Translations under genes and position numbers: made by a program
Notes under the pieces: generated by a model
Told to the model about the DNA's origin: nothing
Database searches by the model: none
The model's input: the letters and a program-made list of their open reading frames with translations, nothing else
From: Catajapyx aquilonaris
Lineage: Eukaryota
Direction of reading: 5' to 3'
Assembly: GCA_000934665.2 (NCBI GenBank)
Contig: KZ538224.1
Span: forward strand, 310,001 to 374,000
DNA length: 64,000 bases
Shown: positions 37,280-50,088 of the stretch, one piece after another
Layout of the letters: each line of letters starts with the position of its first letter
Numbering within the stretch: position 1 is the stretch's first letter

Positions 37280-37860
37280 AAAATAGCTAATGTTTCTCAG
37301 CCAATTTAAGTAACTGCTTATTATAAGCTACGGAAAAATGCCCTAATAGGAACGTAGCTGCTATATAAAGCTAATATTGTCCAAGTAACTGCTTATTTAG
37401 CTTGTTTAAATTGCTATTAGAGGCATAGCAGCTGATGTAAACTTACAACTTAGCTAAGCGACGCAAAGTCGCTTATGTATAGCTGCTATGATAAGCTAAT
37501 ATTGTCCAAGCTAGTAAAGTTAGTCTATGTAATTAGCTAGTTAGCTACGTTAGCTACGTAAGCTACGTAAGTAAGCTACGTTAGCTTAAGTTAAGCTACG
37601 TAATGAAAAGTGGCTAGTAGCAACTTAGGTGCCAAACTAAGCTAATATTTACCAGCCAATACTTTAAAAGCAACTGCTTAGCTAAGCTGCGCTGAATTTC
37701 TGGTAGCAACATAGCTGCTTTTCTAAGCTAATAATTATTTTACCTGCTAATAACAATACGGTAGGCCTACTTGCTTAGTTAAACTCAAAGGTTAAACTGC
37801 GCAATAAAAATGACTACTAGCAACCCAGCTGCTATTTCTAAGTAGCGGTGATTCATCGCT
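37280..37860. repeat. TAGCT/AAGCT-rich degenerate array
   Basis: Tandem (T/A)AGCTACGT core units at ~37542-37603 and a direct repeat AAGCTAATATTGTCCAAG at ~37368 and ~37493. Probably the interior of a decayed DNA transposon. Confidence 0.65.
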
Positions 37861-40222
37861 GCTATGCGATAAAGGCTTCGAGCCGTATACGTAGCGGAGA
37901 AGCATAACTAGATGACATGAACCTCATTTGCATGACAACCCGTGTTTTTTCCCCCGCGATTTTGGAATCTGCAAACCATCCCGCAGGGTGTGAGGGTTGC
38001 ATCGGAGCGAAATCAAGGATCAGAATACATATTTTGGCATGATAGCAGGATGGGGGGAGATGGTGGGGTGGGGTTAAAAAGCGAGTGCTTGTGCTCTTTG
38101 CTTGCATGGTGAAGCCGAGCAGGGTGGTGCTCGATCACGATTTTATTTCCTGGCATGCTCCGAGCGATATGGTAAAATGCCTCCCGAGGCTTTTTACAGG
38201 GAGAGAGAGTGGTCTGCGTGGGATTTTTATACAGGTTCGCCAACCCAGGGTGGGGAAAGGGGTGGGGGACACCCCTGTGCTTCACCCTTACCCCCCCCCC
38301 CCCAAACAAAAAAAAATCTGATGAAGACTAAAGTGTGACAAAGCTCTCGTTTGCGTGTTTTGCTACCTGCAAAGTCAGGCGATTTTTTTCTCCCTTAAAT
38401 CTCTGGTTTGTTACGCTTCAGTTGGTAACGGGATGGAATCAGCATAGCTGTTAGTTTTTACTAGCCTGTAACAAATAAGCTGCTACGAAATTAACCTACA
38501 CCTAATATCGCAGCTATCAATTAAAGAGTGTTCAGCGATGAATTATTGTTTGACGTGATACATTCAAATAACGGTTTATCTTCAGAAGGTTATACGTAGC
38601 TGCTACTGAGCTCCTTTTGCATCACAAACCTCCAGAAGAAACCTGGTTTTTCTCCAGATTGAGAGTGTTATCGAAACGTGACGTTAGCGCCTTGGCAATC
38701 ACGGTTGTATCAGTAACGTCAACATGTCGTTTGAAACGCTTTTTCTAGATGTGCGCTCAAGTGTTTGGGTTTGAATATTGACTACAAGCCAGCTGTTTAG
38801 AGCCGCTAGTTTTCGGTTAGTGGGAAATGTGCCAGATAGAAAATGGCAAGAGGTCCTTTTCTTCTTTTCCCTTTTTGTCTGGTGATATTTCGCGCACCCC
38901 CCTCCCCCCCACCCCCCGATCCTTGTTTACAAAGAAAACATTGCGGCTGTCACCCGAAGCTCAAGATGTCCGCGCTAACGAGAAAACTTTTTTTCCTCTC
39001 TCTTTCCCCTTCTCACAAGCACGAAAAGTCTTAAGAAAACTCGATGTGAGATGGGTCATCGAATCAACAGGATGACCAAACATATTCAGAAAAACCCAAG
39101 CCTGACACATTCCTACAGCAAGTTGTTAGTGACATATTAAACGCCAAAATTACCCTGTCATCGTGTTTGGGTTTCCCTAAATTTTTGGGCCCATCTTTTC
39201 CTTTCCAATCTCATCAACGACCGTCCGCTTTTAATCGTCCTGTCCCGGACGAGCTGTCCGATCCTAGTCTTAGATACCCCCCCCCCCCTAACTTTTTTAA
39301 ACGAAATCCGGAAGGGGAGGAAATTAAAGATGGGGATGATTAAAACCTAATTAATATTAGCTCAGTTATATACATTGGATGCATGAAGACCACGGGGAAG
39401 AGGGGTCGTTTTAAAAGGTGCTACCCAAATTGTAATTGATGGCCTTTGTTTTTTTATGAGCGGTACTTTGTGCCCGTATGGATTATCTCGCTCCGGATCA
39501 TTTTAGCAACAGAAATGAGAATACAAAGCTTGTTTAAGGGTGTTGGAGGGGAAAAAATTGTATATGAAGAAAGGCAGGGGGTCGGGTGTAATAACGGTGC
39601 CCCAAGAGTGCACGGTGTGCTATTACCCTCTACCAAAATTGTATTGACTCACCCCCACCATTCTCTCCGACTCTTGGAGCTCCAATGATGTATGTAAAGT
39701 ATCATCAGTGGCGGGAATGGCTTGCAGCAGGAGGGAAAGGAGCTGCACAAAAAAACAATATGAAAATTCTACCCCCGTGTGTTGAAGGCTATAAAAAATA
39801 CTTTATAACTGTCTGGGGCGGGATGGAAAAAATGAGGACTAGCAGCGGGGGCTACAATGGGGAAAATTTTTGAATTGGAAAAAAAAGGTATCAATGGAAA
39901 GACATTTGGACAAACCACTTGCGGTGGAAGGACTGTCACGAGCCTTTTGCAAAAGGGGTTGTTTACACTGCGCCGAGGCATGACTGAGAACCTTTTGCAA
40001 CAACACTGCTGCATTAATCACCGAGTCATACCCTTTAGAAGAAGGGTCGCTGCTTTTATTCAGTGTCGTGACTGCCATTGTTGTGGGAAGTCCACGTCGA
40101 CTGGGGAACATTCACACCTGGGATCCGTTATGAGGCTCGGATTCTGCAGGCTAAATATTCGCGAATTTGGGTTCGCTAAATATTCATTAACTAAAAAAAA
40201 CATACATACCGTACATGCTGGT

Positions 40223-40361
40223 ATTTAGACCCACAAAGTGCGGTTTTGGGACTTTTCAACGGCACGTAAGCCATCAGTTTCAGCACTCTCAGTAGTCCGG
40301 AAGTGGGTTAGGTAGGTGGGACAAACATATGTACAAACTTTCTGCTTTATACATGTAAAAT
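40223..40361 (-). mobile_element. Partial (5') copy of the 3666-3961 Helitron
   Basis: Shares ATTTAGAC...AGTGCGGTTTT...CGGCACGTAAG...GGAAGTGGGTTAGGTAG...AAACTTTCTGCTTTAT with 3799-3951. The 3' hairpin and CTAG end were not found. Confidence 0.75.
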
Positions 40362-40374
40362 TATCATATATAGA

Positions 40375-40486
40375 ATTGGCTTAGTCTGTGCCTCTCTCCG
40401 GATGAGTCATCAGCATGTAGGAGGCAGTAATGTGCAGAGAGGGAGGATGCGCCATCTATGTGAGCCGTATGTTACTATGTAGACAG
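40375..40486 (+). repeat. Dispersed repeat family A copy (interior of the 20164-20340 MITE)
   Basis: ATTGGC..AGTCTGTGCCTCT.TCCGG.TGAGTCAT...GCATGTAGG...GAGGATGCGCCATCTATG...TACTATGT.GACAG, colinear with 20181-20296. Confidence 0.8.
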
Positions 40487-41858
40487 GTTCCATTTTGGAC
40501 AACTGAATTTGCCCTCCTGTCCACCAGAATATGCCCAGCACGCTTAGAATAGATTGCCCTTGATTTAATTGCGAGTTGTCCGCTTGAACTGCAAACTTTT
40601 GGTCCAGCAGCTTTCCTGCGGAGTGCGGTCAGATCGCTGCTGGCTGCTGGATGTTCCCTGCAACCATCAGACTCCTGGGCTTCCATTTCAATTGCGTCTG
40701 GATCGAAGTCTTTCGGGGGGTTCCAAATGGGTCCCGCAGGACCAGGGAGAGAGGGAGGGGGGACACCTGCAAAGTTAGATTGGGCCGTGAAGGATGCGCC
40801 TCCAGAGGCCGGCACGACCCTTTGGACTAAAAGCGCAGCCGGAAAAGCGACGTCTCCAGCCTGGGCCTTTTCAACCCCCCGAAAAAACTAAGATCACCAC
40901 CCCAAATGGGACCCACCTATTTTTTTGAGCATTCCCTGGAAATAAACGTGCATCGTGAAATGTAAATTGAGCTCGCACGACCCACCCACTAATGTCAGTA
41001 AGGTAGTTGATAGGCGACGCCACAAGGCTCGGCCCGAAAGACTATTAGGAATGAGAAATTGGCCCGAGAGGGCAGGAAGTCAACCTTTTTAAAAAAAAAG
41101 AACAAGAAAAGAAGGGAAGATCGTGCTAACTGTTTTGCTAATTTTGGAACCGGGTTTAAAAGTCTTGAAACGACTAGATCGCGTGAGTCTTGCAGGGTCG
41201 TTGGTCGCTAAAGGTCAGCCCAAACAAGTTCTACTAGTTCCAACCAACTGCTATTTGTACTGTAGAAAAAGACTAGTCACGTGTAAAAATATGCGTGATC
41301 TCATATTATCACGCATAAATAAGCGTGATTGTAGGGGTGATGAGTTTCATTGTGTGGGTCAATCGCGAAATAACAAAGAGTATTCTTGGCCACGCTAATT
41401 TCTGAACGCAATGTAACATTTAAAATCCAAATAACATGCAAAGAAAAGGGCTCAGCGCCAAACATGACTAACCCTCACAGAAAATAATTGAGAAAATGTT
41501 GATTAGATGTTAATGAGAGCTTTCCACAAATCAAGAATGTAGCAGCAAGAATTCCACTAATCATTACCATCCAGAACAGGAGAGTGGCATAGTCATGTTT
41601 GCCGGCAGAAAATTCAGGTTGCTGATTCAGAAAACGCGCCTAAAACCATTTACCCCCTCAAGAGGGTTAGTAATGTTTGGCACTGAGCCCTTCATATAAG
41701 AGTGCAAGTTGTGGAATATAGGACACTTAAAAATATGCCACAATAAAATAATTATTTCATATCTTTCTTTAGACCACGGAAAGTGACATATCACGTCCGT
41801 GGACTGTTCCAACGCTCACGTTCGTAGTTTTGTCGATTTTTATGCAAGATATCAGATA

Positions 41859-42164
41859 TCCCTATCTCTATAAATAAGGAAGTTTGTCAGTTTAGATGTT
41901 TGGATGTTTGTCCCTTATAGAAATCCGGGGGAAGGCCCCTACACCGCCTTAAATTAGCATATCGGGGGTTACATTTTTCCAGGAATTTAATGCCGCATGT
42001 TTCAGCTTCCGAAAATGAACCTAACACCCATAACACGCATATTCCCAATTAACCAATTATCAATTACCTATTTAACAATATTCATAGATTTCCATGGTAA
42101 TGCCCTCATTACATTGTAGGCCTACCACCATAACATACCCGGGCAACGCCGGGTAACCTGCTAG
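41859..42164 (+). mobile_element. Non-autonomous Helitron, complete (306 bp), second family
   Basis: Starts A|TCCCTATCTCTATAAATAAGGAAGTTTGTC...GATGTTTGGATGTTTG and ends with the hairpin TACCCGG-GCAACG-CCGGGTA (42136-42155) then CTAG|T. A/T target site, no TSD. Confidence 0.88.
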
Positions 42165-45100
42165 TAAATTCATATTTTTAAACATAGTAACCGAGAAAGA
42201 AATACTTAAGGCATAAAGGGTTTTTTTGTGCTCAAGTTCCAATTCTGAAGACTTTTAAAAAAACTGTAAGTTATCATTATTTCGCTATTGACCCGTGTAT
42301 GAATTTTTTGTAGGCCATATCGTTTGTATACACTTCGTATTGAGACCAAAAATGAGTTTCATTTTTGGGATGAGAGCTCCGGAGGTGGTCCGCACCCTAA
42401 TACTTCGCATCCCAAACCTTGAATGGAGAGGAGCAGAGTCACAAAAGAGCCAAAATGGATTAGGTGTCGGCATGCATTTTGGGTGAAAGTGGTCCTGCTG
42501 ACCGGCATGGCCCCCGTGAGAAACTAACCTGCCTGCGCCTTGTGTGTGTATGAGAGGCCTCCGTCTCCGTCTCGGGGAGGGGCCTTCTCTCTTCCTCATC
42601 CATCTTCCAGTTCTTGACGTCCACAAAGTGGAGGAATGGGAATGATCAGGAGCTATTGAACTGTCAGCGGATCCAACCTGCTTGAAATATGAGTGTTTAC
42701 TCGGCCGGACCACCTTCTGCTGCTTGCCCGGTTTTCCAGACGTGTTGCACTAACGGTGGGGGGCTGAATAGGTCCAATTATTGCAGTACTGCAGTGAACA
42801 ATTCGGCTGCAAAAATTTGGGACGTTCCCAGCATATAATGGGGCTGGATCGTCACCAACTTTTAGGAGAGCTTTTCTAAGTGGTGCTCAGAGACGATTAC
42901 ATATTTCCTCGCTCGACTTTTTTTTTCGTCTATTCGCATCGTACCCGAGGGACAAATGGCGGATTATAAATTGCTCGGTGCAAAAAGCCTGGCCCCGGAA
43001 GCTCGTTCCAGCAAAATAAAACCCCTCCCTATTACCCCCCGCATATTGTCACCAAAATGGAGGGGTTTTCTTAATGAGCAGCCTGTGGCCCCCTCGATTA
43101 TTGTTGCATTGCCCCCTCCAATTATTGAAAAAAACCGCTGATAGCATCTGTTGGGTTCACACTGCCTTTGAACCCAATAAAGGACAAGTAATAATATGTC
43201 ATCGGGGCAGAGAATTCGTATATTTTTCCCCCCGCATGATTTCTGATGATGCGACTGGCCAATAACTTGTGTCATCTTGATTGTGAGTGACACCCGGAAT
43301 ATGACCCGGAATTAGTTCCACACAACTGGTCGGTCGTCTGTCATATTTGGTGCGTGTGTGTGCGTGCGTGCTGCTAAGCTTCGAGATGAAATATGAGACC
43401 CCTCCCGAAAAAGGCTCCAACTTGCTCATTGTTTGCACAATCTCACCCAGATTTAATTTAAAACCGAGGGAGTTTCCCAGTGCTTTTGTTATGAAAATGA
43501 CGTGGAAGGCCGCCTAGGGCCGGTTTAAAGGCTAGGAGGGGGGGCCAAAGGGAACGGGGGGAGATTTTGACCCTTTCTTTTGTCTATGGCTGCGAAAGAG
43601 AGGCATTCAAGTCCTCATTGTCCCCACCGCTTTGAGCATGTCACCAAAGCCTATTCAAAAAAAGGGGGGAGGTCGCACAATCGCATTAAAACGTCACACG
43701 GCCGGCAGACGGCGGGCCACAAAATTTTTCGGCAACCGGAAGAGAAGGCGTCTGATGAAAGGACGTTTTTTTTTGAAAAACGAGCCTGACCTACCGCGGC
43801 TGATCTGGTGACAATAATCTGGGACTTTTCTCGGGCCATTGTGTGGTCTGGACGCTAGATTGGGGGGGAATACGACACCTCCCACACATTCGAGCCAATC
43901 AGACGCGTGTCTGATAAGATCAGATCTGGGTACAGTTTTTCATGCGAAAAAATCTGCCTTCGAGGACCGAACTAAAAATATACTGTATTTTGATAGCAGT
44001 TTCAGTTGTGTGGAAACCGCTACACATTTTGGCAAGCTCTCGTGGGGATTGAATGTGAAGAATTTTAATGAGCATGTTAGTATGAAACCAGTAGTTGCAT
44101 GGATGGCGGTGTGCAAAATTTTAATAATAGTCACTTTCCGAAGCTTGATATTTAATATGCGTCGGAGATGGTCCGGATCCGTTTGTTTGAAAACGCGCTG
44201 TGCAAGTTGTAAATGAGTTTTCGTCGATTGATTTCCATACCAGGTTGCAGAATACAGAGTCCAGAGTATATACGCTCCAATGCAAAAGGGCTGGAAGCAT
44301 CACCCGAGAGCTCTATTGTGACACCGGCTTTCCTAAGGTAGTATCAGCAATGCAATGAAGAAGGATGAAAGTGTCAAGGACCTGAGCAGGCTCAATTTAT
44401 CAGGCTTTGCAGGCCCCGTCGCCTTGTGGCCGACCCCTAGGGGAAACTGGAACAAGCCTGCAGAAAAGGTGTCGAGAACCTCCACCCTATACAGGATGAC
44501 CCGAAAAAGTATTGTCGCAAAATTAGGCGTCAGGAAGTCATTAGGTGCTCCAGTTCGTTAAGCTGAGGCGCGGACATAACTCTTTTATGTAGCGTAATCT
44601 TAGAATTGGAATGCAAAGATTAGAGGGCGGAACAATATTTCAAAAGATGAGGCGACGCGTAATGTTCAGCACGCGTTCGCAATATTTTTGGAGGCTGAGC
44701 AATTTTCCGCAATTAATTACGCCTATCTGCCAACACTTGCCAGGGTCTCGGATGGTTTCCTATACCAAGGGCGTTTACCTTTCTTCACTTCCCAAATGCC
44801 CTCTTTTTTTTAAGCTGATGGGAGGGCTTAATCAAAATTTCTGCCTATTCTTTTCTTGGCTAAAAATTTCCGCCACACCGTGATTTATGTGGCGGGGGAA
44901 TTGCAAAAGAAGGGTAATTTCTTTCAAAAAAAAGTTTCGCCGCTAGAAGTTGTTATTAGTTTATGAAGGCCGAGTTGCATGGCTGGCTATACAACACGGT
45001 GCAGCTGAACTTTCTTTTTTTTAGTCCTATATAAAAGAGCCGCAGTATGAGTTAGCTGTTGATTTACGGCCAATATGTTCCACACTTTTTTTTAAAAAGC

Positions 45101-45564
45101 TTAGATCCTGTATTTTTTAAAGCGATGGTAAGTGATCATGGGTGGTCATTACCGGACCCGCATTACCGGGCTAAAGATTTGTCGGGGTGTAATTGGCCGC
45201 GTGCAAAGGTCAGATGTTAATCATACGGGGGGGTGTTCTCCCCACGTCCTCATCAAAATATTGCTTTATCGTATAAATTGTCCGGCCGTAAATTACACGG
45301 CGTTCTGGCCCTGTGTGTGTCACTAGCATTTCCCCCCTTGGCTGCCGCTACAAATTATGCGCCGCCTTGTAAATAAAAAGAAAGCTGTGGGGGAAGGCGG
45401 AGGAGGAGGAGGGAGATGGGGGGAGAAGGCTTTTCTGGTATGATAAAGTGCGCCAAGGGTGGAAGAAAACAGGGGTTGGCAAAAAATATCATATTCGCTC
45501 AACTGATGCAGCCAGCACGTGCGGTGTTCAAAAAATTGGCCGGATACTGAGACCACCAAAGGGA

Positions 45565-45832
45565 GTATGTGCCTCTGTTTGTCCAGATAGGAGAGGCGAA
45601 AGAGCGAATCGAAATTTGCCTCCGAATGGCCTCCTCCTGAAGATGGTCATTCGTAGGGGAAATTTCAATTCGCTATTTTTAGTACGACATCATTAATGTC
45701 CAGCACTGTACCTCTCGCACCACCCTGAGAGTAATATTAGGAGTTTATTTGACTTTACTAGCCCATTAAAGCTCTTTAGCCAGTACACTCATAATAGCAC
45801 CACCCTGAGAGTGGCAGAGCCGCATATGTGAG
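45565..45832 (+). repeat. Dispersed repeat family A copy with internal hairpin
   Basis: TGTGCCTCTGTTTGTCC head, hairpin AGCGAATCGAAATTT...GAAATTTCAATTCGCT, then AGTACGACATCATTAATGTCCAGCACTG (shared with 52040-52068) and a duplicated GCACCACCCTGAGAGT. Confidence 0.7.
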
Positions 45833-46508
45833 GGATACGTGCGCATTTTTATCAACTAACTGCACATTATTCAGCGTAATGGCCACCATGTAGTCAGGCA
45901 TGAGTGCACCGGATGAATTCCCGGCTGATTCAACACTGATTAGCAAAATAGTCGCATTCCAGTCCCGTCTTATCTTCAGAAAATTTACAATAAAAAAGTA
46001 CGGGGTACTCACCGGAGTGGTCGAACAGCAGGAGACCCTTGGCGATAAGAAGGCGTAAATACCCAGTAGCGGGCCATAAGCCTTGATTTGTTGTCGGAAG
46101 AGAAGCCGCATCTGCTGGGCTAGGGAGTGAAGGGGGGGGGGGGNATTTATTCTCATGGGGGGTGGGTGTAATTTGAAGACACGAAGAAAATTTAAAAAGG
46201 CAGCTGAAGAGTCACGCGAACGTGATTCGCACATCTGCATTAGAAGAAGGAGGCGGGTCTTGCAAAAGGTGCCAGAAGACAACAACAACAGCAACGGGGG
46301 GAAAAAAAAGGCTCATCAACATAAACCGCGAGACCCAAGGAGACTAGATGAAGCGGCCTCATTGTGCAGAACCCATGTTGCGAGTCTGGAGTCGCGACGG
46401 GAACATTTGTACTCGGCCTAGATGACTAATGGCCCACAGGGTTAAGGAGATGTGGCCCAAATTAAGTTCAGCCAGATCCGGTCCTCGCAGGAAGTACTGC
46501 GAGAAAAG

Positions 46509-46696
46509 CCTGTGTCTCTGTTCGGGCTCAGATGCGTGTGGTGCTGGACATTGATCGAAATTTGACCTCCGAATGACCGCCTTCACCTATAGTGAAAGTG
46601 GGCCGATCAAGTGAAGGTGGACATACGGAGGACAAATTTCTCTTTGCCGCCACTGTACCCCTGAGACCCTGAGAGTGGCATATGCGCCATCTGTGG
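46509..46696 (+). repeat. Dispersed repeat family A copy with a longer internal hairpin
   Basis: GAAATTTGACCTCCGAATGACCGCCTTCAC...GTGAAGGTGGACATACGGAGGACAAATTTC, then CACTGTACC, CCCTGAGAGTGGCA and TGCGCCATCT. Confidence 0.65.
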
Positions 46697-48051
46697 TACG
46701 CATTGCCGCACTCATTGTCCCAAAATTTACCAAAAATCATTGTTAGCGATGAGCTAAAATGCCTGTGGCGCACCAGCTGACCTTTCTCCCAGACCATCGC
46801 TATGCAACAAATCGTCAACCCCCATTTTCCTTGTCTGCTTTTCACCCACCCCAAAAACAGTTATTTATCACGGAACCCCCCTCCAGATCCTGAAGCACTT
46901 GTTCCTGAGTGGGAGGGCGACCAGGTGACAATATTCTCACCGTCACTTCCGGGCCACAAACCTTCGACGCCATATTGATTAAAACTATAGGACGCCTGTG
47001 AAGAGAGGGGAAGGATTTTCACCCGGATTATTCCAATTAGTAGCTAATCCTTTAATCTGCACAATCGGTTGCTGGGGGGAACGAATATCCGGGGCCCCCT
47101 TTTTTGTGTGTGTGTATAACGAATGCGTGGCAACGCAGCCCGGATTTTTTTAGGGAGGAAAATATAGCTAATAATGACACCCTTCTCATTATACTAATTA
47201 GTGGCCCCCAAAAATTTTGAGTTCGTCGTGATGTTTTCTCCCGGATGACTGGCGTTGTGGCCTCGAGCTCGCCTGAATGAATCTCTTTGTCTGGATTTTT
47301 TAGCCTTTGAGGTGTAACCCTGCAGGAGTGTTATATGCGAAGGTTGCTCGTGTCACGAACTCGTCTCTCACACTGTGTGAGTTGTAAACTTTTTCTTTAG
47401 CGCACTCAGGCGTTTCACAGCCGGTGCAAATAGTCTGTTGGTTACACGAAATTGACCAGTTTCGTGGAGTTTTTCCGCTTCGATTGAACTTCGTGAACAA
47501 CACTTTCTAACTGTTTCATGTGTGGTGGTTGTCCTGGTTGATTGTATACAGCCGATAATTAATGCCGATTTTTTTCCCCCTAGATCGAATGTCGAAAGGC
47601 TAAAAACTCAATTTGTCAAATGTTTTCAAATATTTCACAGCATGTGTCGCTTTTCAGCGTTGCAGCTGGCAGTAAAAGAATGATGTTTACCTGGCAGCCA
47701 CGCTTACTGTTGAAAAAAAAAACCGCAGAATTTTGCATCATATAAATTATCCACCATGCAAATTATTAGTTTTCCACCCCTCCCCCTCCCCATGGCTTGA
47801 TGTTGAGTGACACCAAAATGAAAACTCGAATTCCCCCAACCCCTCTCCCACGTTCATTATTCTTGCCAAGTATCGCGGCTTTGTAGTCAATATTGATTAG
47901 TGGATTGAACCATTTAGTACCTGTGCACCGAGTCTGATTACAGGCAATGTATCGTCCCGATGAACACGACTTTACATTTAAAATTCGCAAGGGGGTGGAC
48001 ATGTTTGCAATTCCTACCTTCTTTTGCGATTTTAATTCCTGTTGCGAGCTA

Positions 48052-48073
48052 CAGGGTGTTTCATTGCACCCTG
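48052..48073. mobile_element. Minimal TA-flanked CAGGGTG/CACCCTG remnant (22 bp)
   Basis: TA-CAGGGTG-TTTCATTG-CACCCTG-TA read directly. Confidence 0.55.
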
Positions 48074-50057
48074 TACATTCCGTATTTACTAGTCAGATCC
48101 GGATCGCGTTTAAAAATGTAAATATTTAACCACCCCACTGGATACACGTAAAAAAAGATCGATTGGTGAATGGTGTTGTGGGTCGGGTGAGGACTGGCAA
48201 GAGCGGAATCCCCACATGGGGGCAAACCCCCAAAAAACCCAGCACTGTGAAATGAGCAGTAGGGTGGGCCCGGGTGTATTCAAATAATTTACCTACCCTC
48301 CGGATAGGGATTGGGAGGATTAGGCCTAAATAATTCAGGCACTGAGTGAGACCTCTCACGTCGGAGGCAATGCGGGTAACCGGAGAGCAGTGGTCGAGGG
48401 GACACAAAACCCCATTGTCCGGACCCGGATTCAGCCGGAAAACCAGGTTGTTCAATTTTTCTTTTTTTAAAAAATAATCCAAATATGTCTGAAGTTATGG
48501 ATTGAAGAAAGTGGCCCATCCGTTCCTTATTGCTGAATCCGCCAGTTCTCCGCCACAGATGTGCGGAATGGCATCCTCCCCTCTCGTACCATTTCCCAGC
48601 CGTAATTAGAGCAAACTTGCGGACGCTTTGTATGTTAATATCACTCCACCCTGTGTCTATATCCAAGCCTCGTGAGGGTAGCCACACCGTCTTGTTGTGT
48701 GCCAAATTTTTCAGGATACGGATGCATTTTTCAGGCCGTGGCCATTGCGGTTTGTGTGCTAAAAATTGCAATGGTTTTTGCAAAATTCATAGGGGTCGGC
48801 CTGCAAATTCATTATTTAGGTGGACTAATGGTGTGATTAAAATTACTGCCGGATCACCTATAAGCACAGGACCCGCTTTTTTGGTGGGGAAGGATCCGGG
48901 GGAAATGGGTAATGACTTTAGCGCACCTCCTCCCACCTGCCAGTTCCAATTGAGAAAAATTGCTGTTGGAGTTTCCGCCCACAAAGTGACTGATGACTTT
49001 TCGGTAAAACCAGACTTTTTCAAAGTTTCGAAGTGGGACCTCCTACGTGGGCCGTTCCGCTCGGTTAACATTCTTGGGTGCTGCCGGACCCTTTTTCCAG
49101 GAAGGTCTGTTGGGAACAGAGGAAAAGGGAAGCATTCATCTGGACGAGTTATCACACTGGTTGTAACGTACGGGCCGAATAATGTATCAGAACGTGTCAG
49201 TTTGTTCAGGAGAACTCGCGCAAATGATAAGCCTACCAAACCATGTTAGAAATCATCACTTACTACTGTATTCTGTGTCCTAGTTTTTCTTTAATTCTTT
49301 GAAGTCCGCCAGTTGCATGGTATGGTGTTGTGCAATGTTAAGGGCAGGTTTTCGTGGGGGCTCGATCGATCAAAGGTAATAACACCCTGCCAGTTCCGAC
49401 TAGGACAGCTATCAACGACGGCTAAGGGACAAATATGAGGAAGCCATTGGCCCATTCAGGACCTCGGATCATTTATCGGATAAGAGATTCGGGGTTATGT
49501 AATTAGGGGGGTCCCATAACATCAAAATTACATGCCGATTTTTGTGTCAACTGGTGCACTATCGGATTTAAAGCTTGGATAGAGTACATGGTGTGTTTTG
49601 AAGTTTGTTCTTGATAGTTTTTTATGGATGACGTCTGCCTCTATCAACAATGGCTATCAATCAAGTTCCACTTTGGGTCCTGATCCCTGGAGCAAACACA
49701 ACAAGGCCGTGCAATGGCTCTGTCACCTTAATCCTCTCCCCATTCGGCCGCCTTTTCGTCTATACCACTCGGGTAATCCCGAAGAAAAACAATTGCAAAT
49801 CGGGAGAAACGACAACTGTTGGTTCCCCTCTCCACTTCAACTGGCTGTCAGGTCGAAGGACGATTGTTGAGATAAGAGACGAGGAGAGGGGGGGGGAGAG
49901 GGTTTGATATGTTGCCCAATTTCTGCGCCTAGTCCAGAACTTTATTTGGCACTACTTTGCCTGGTTTCCTGTCACACCCTGGAGACACTCGGTGTTCATC
50001 CCATGCATGATGCACACTTTTTTCTCTCCTTTTATGTTTTTTGTCTCCCTCCCCACC

Positions 50058-50088
50058 TCTTCTTCTTCTTCTTCTTCTTCTTCTTCTT
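50058..50088. repeat. (CTT)n microsatellite
   Basis: About 10 CTT units read directly. Confidence 0.9.

Noticed and set aside
46659..46670. CCCTGAGACCCT, matching the 5' part of miR-125/lin-4
   Set aside because: The 3' half does not match and there is no precursor hairpin around it. It arises from a local duplication of the family A motif CCCTGAGA.
48530..49249. Longest ORF in the window (239 aa), plus 15384-15962, 23808-24395 and 36297-36794
   Set aside because: No recognisable domain, several have non-ATG starts, composition is typical of translated non-coding DNA, and several are overlapped by sizeable antisense ORFs. Small true exons cannot be excluded without RNA-seq.
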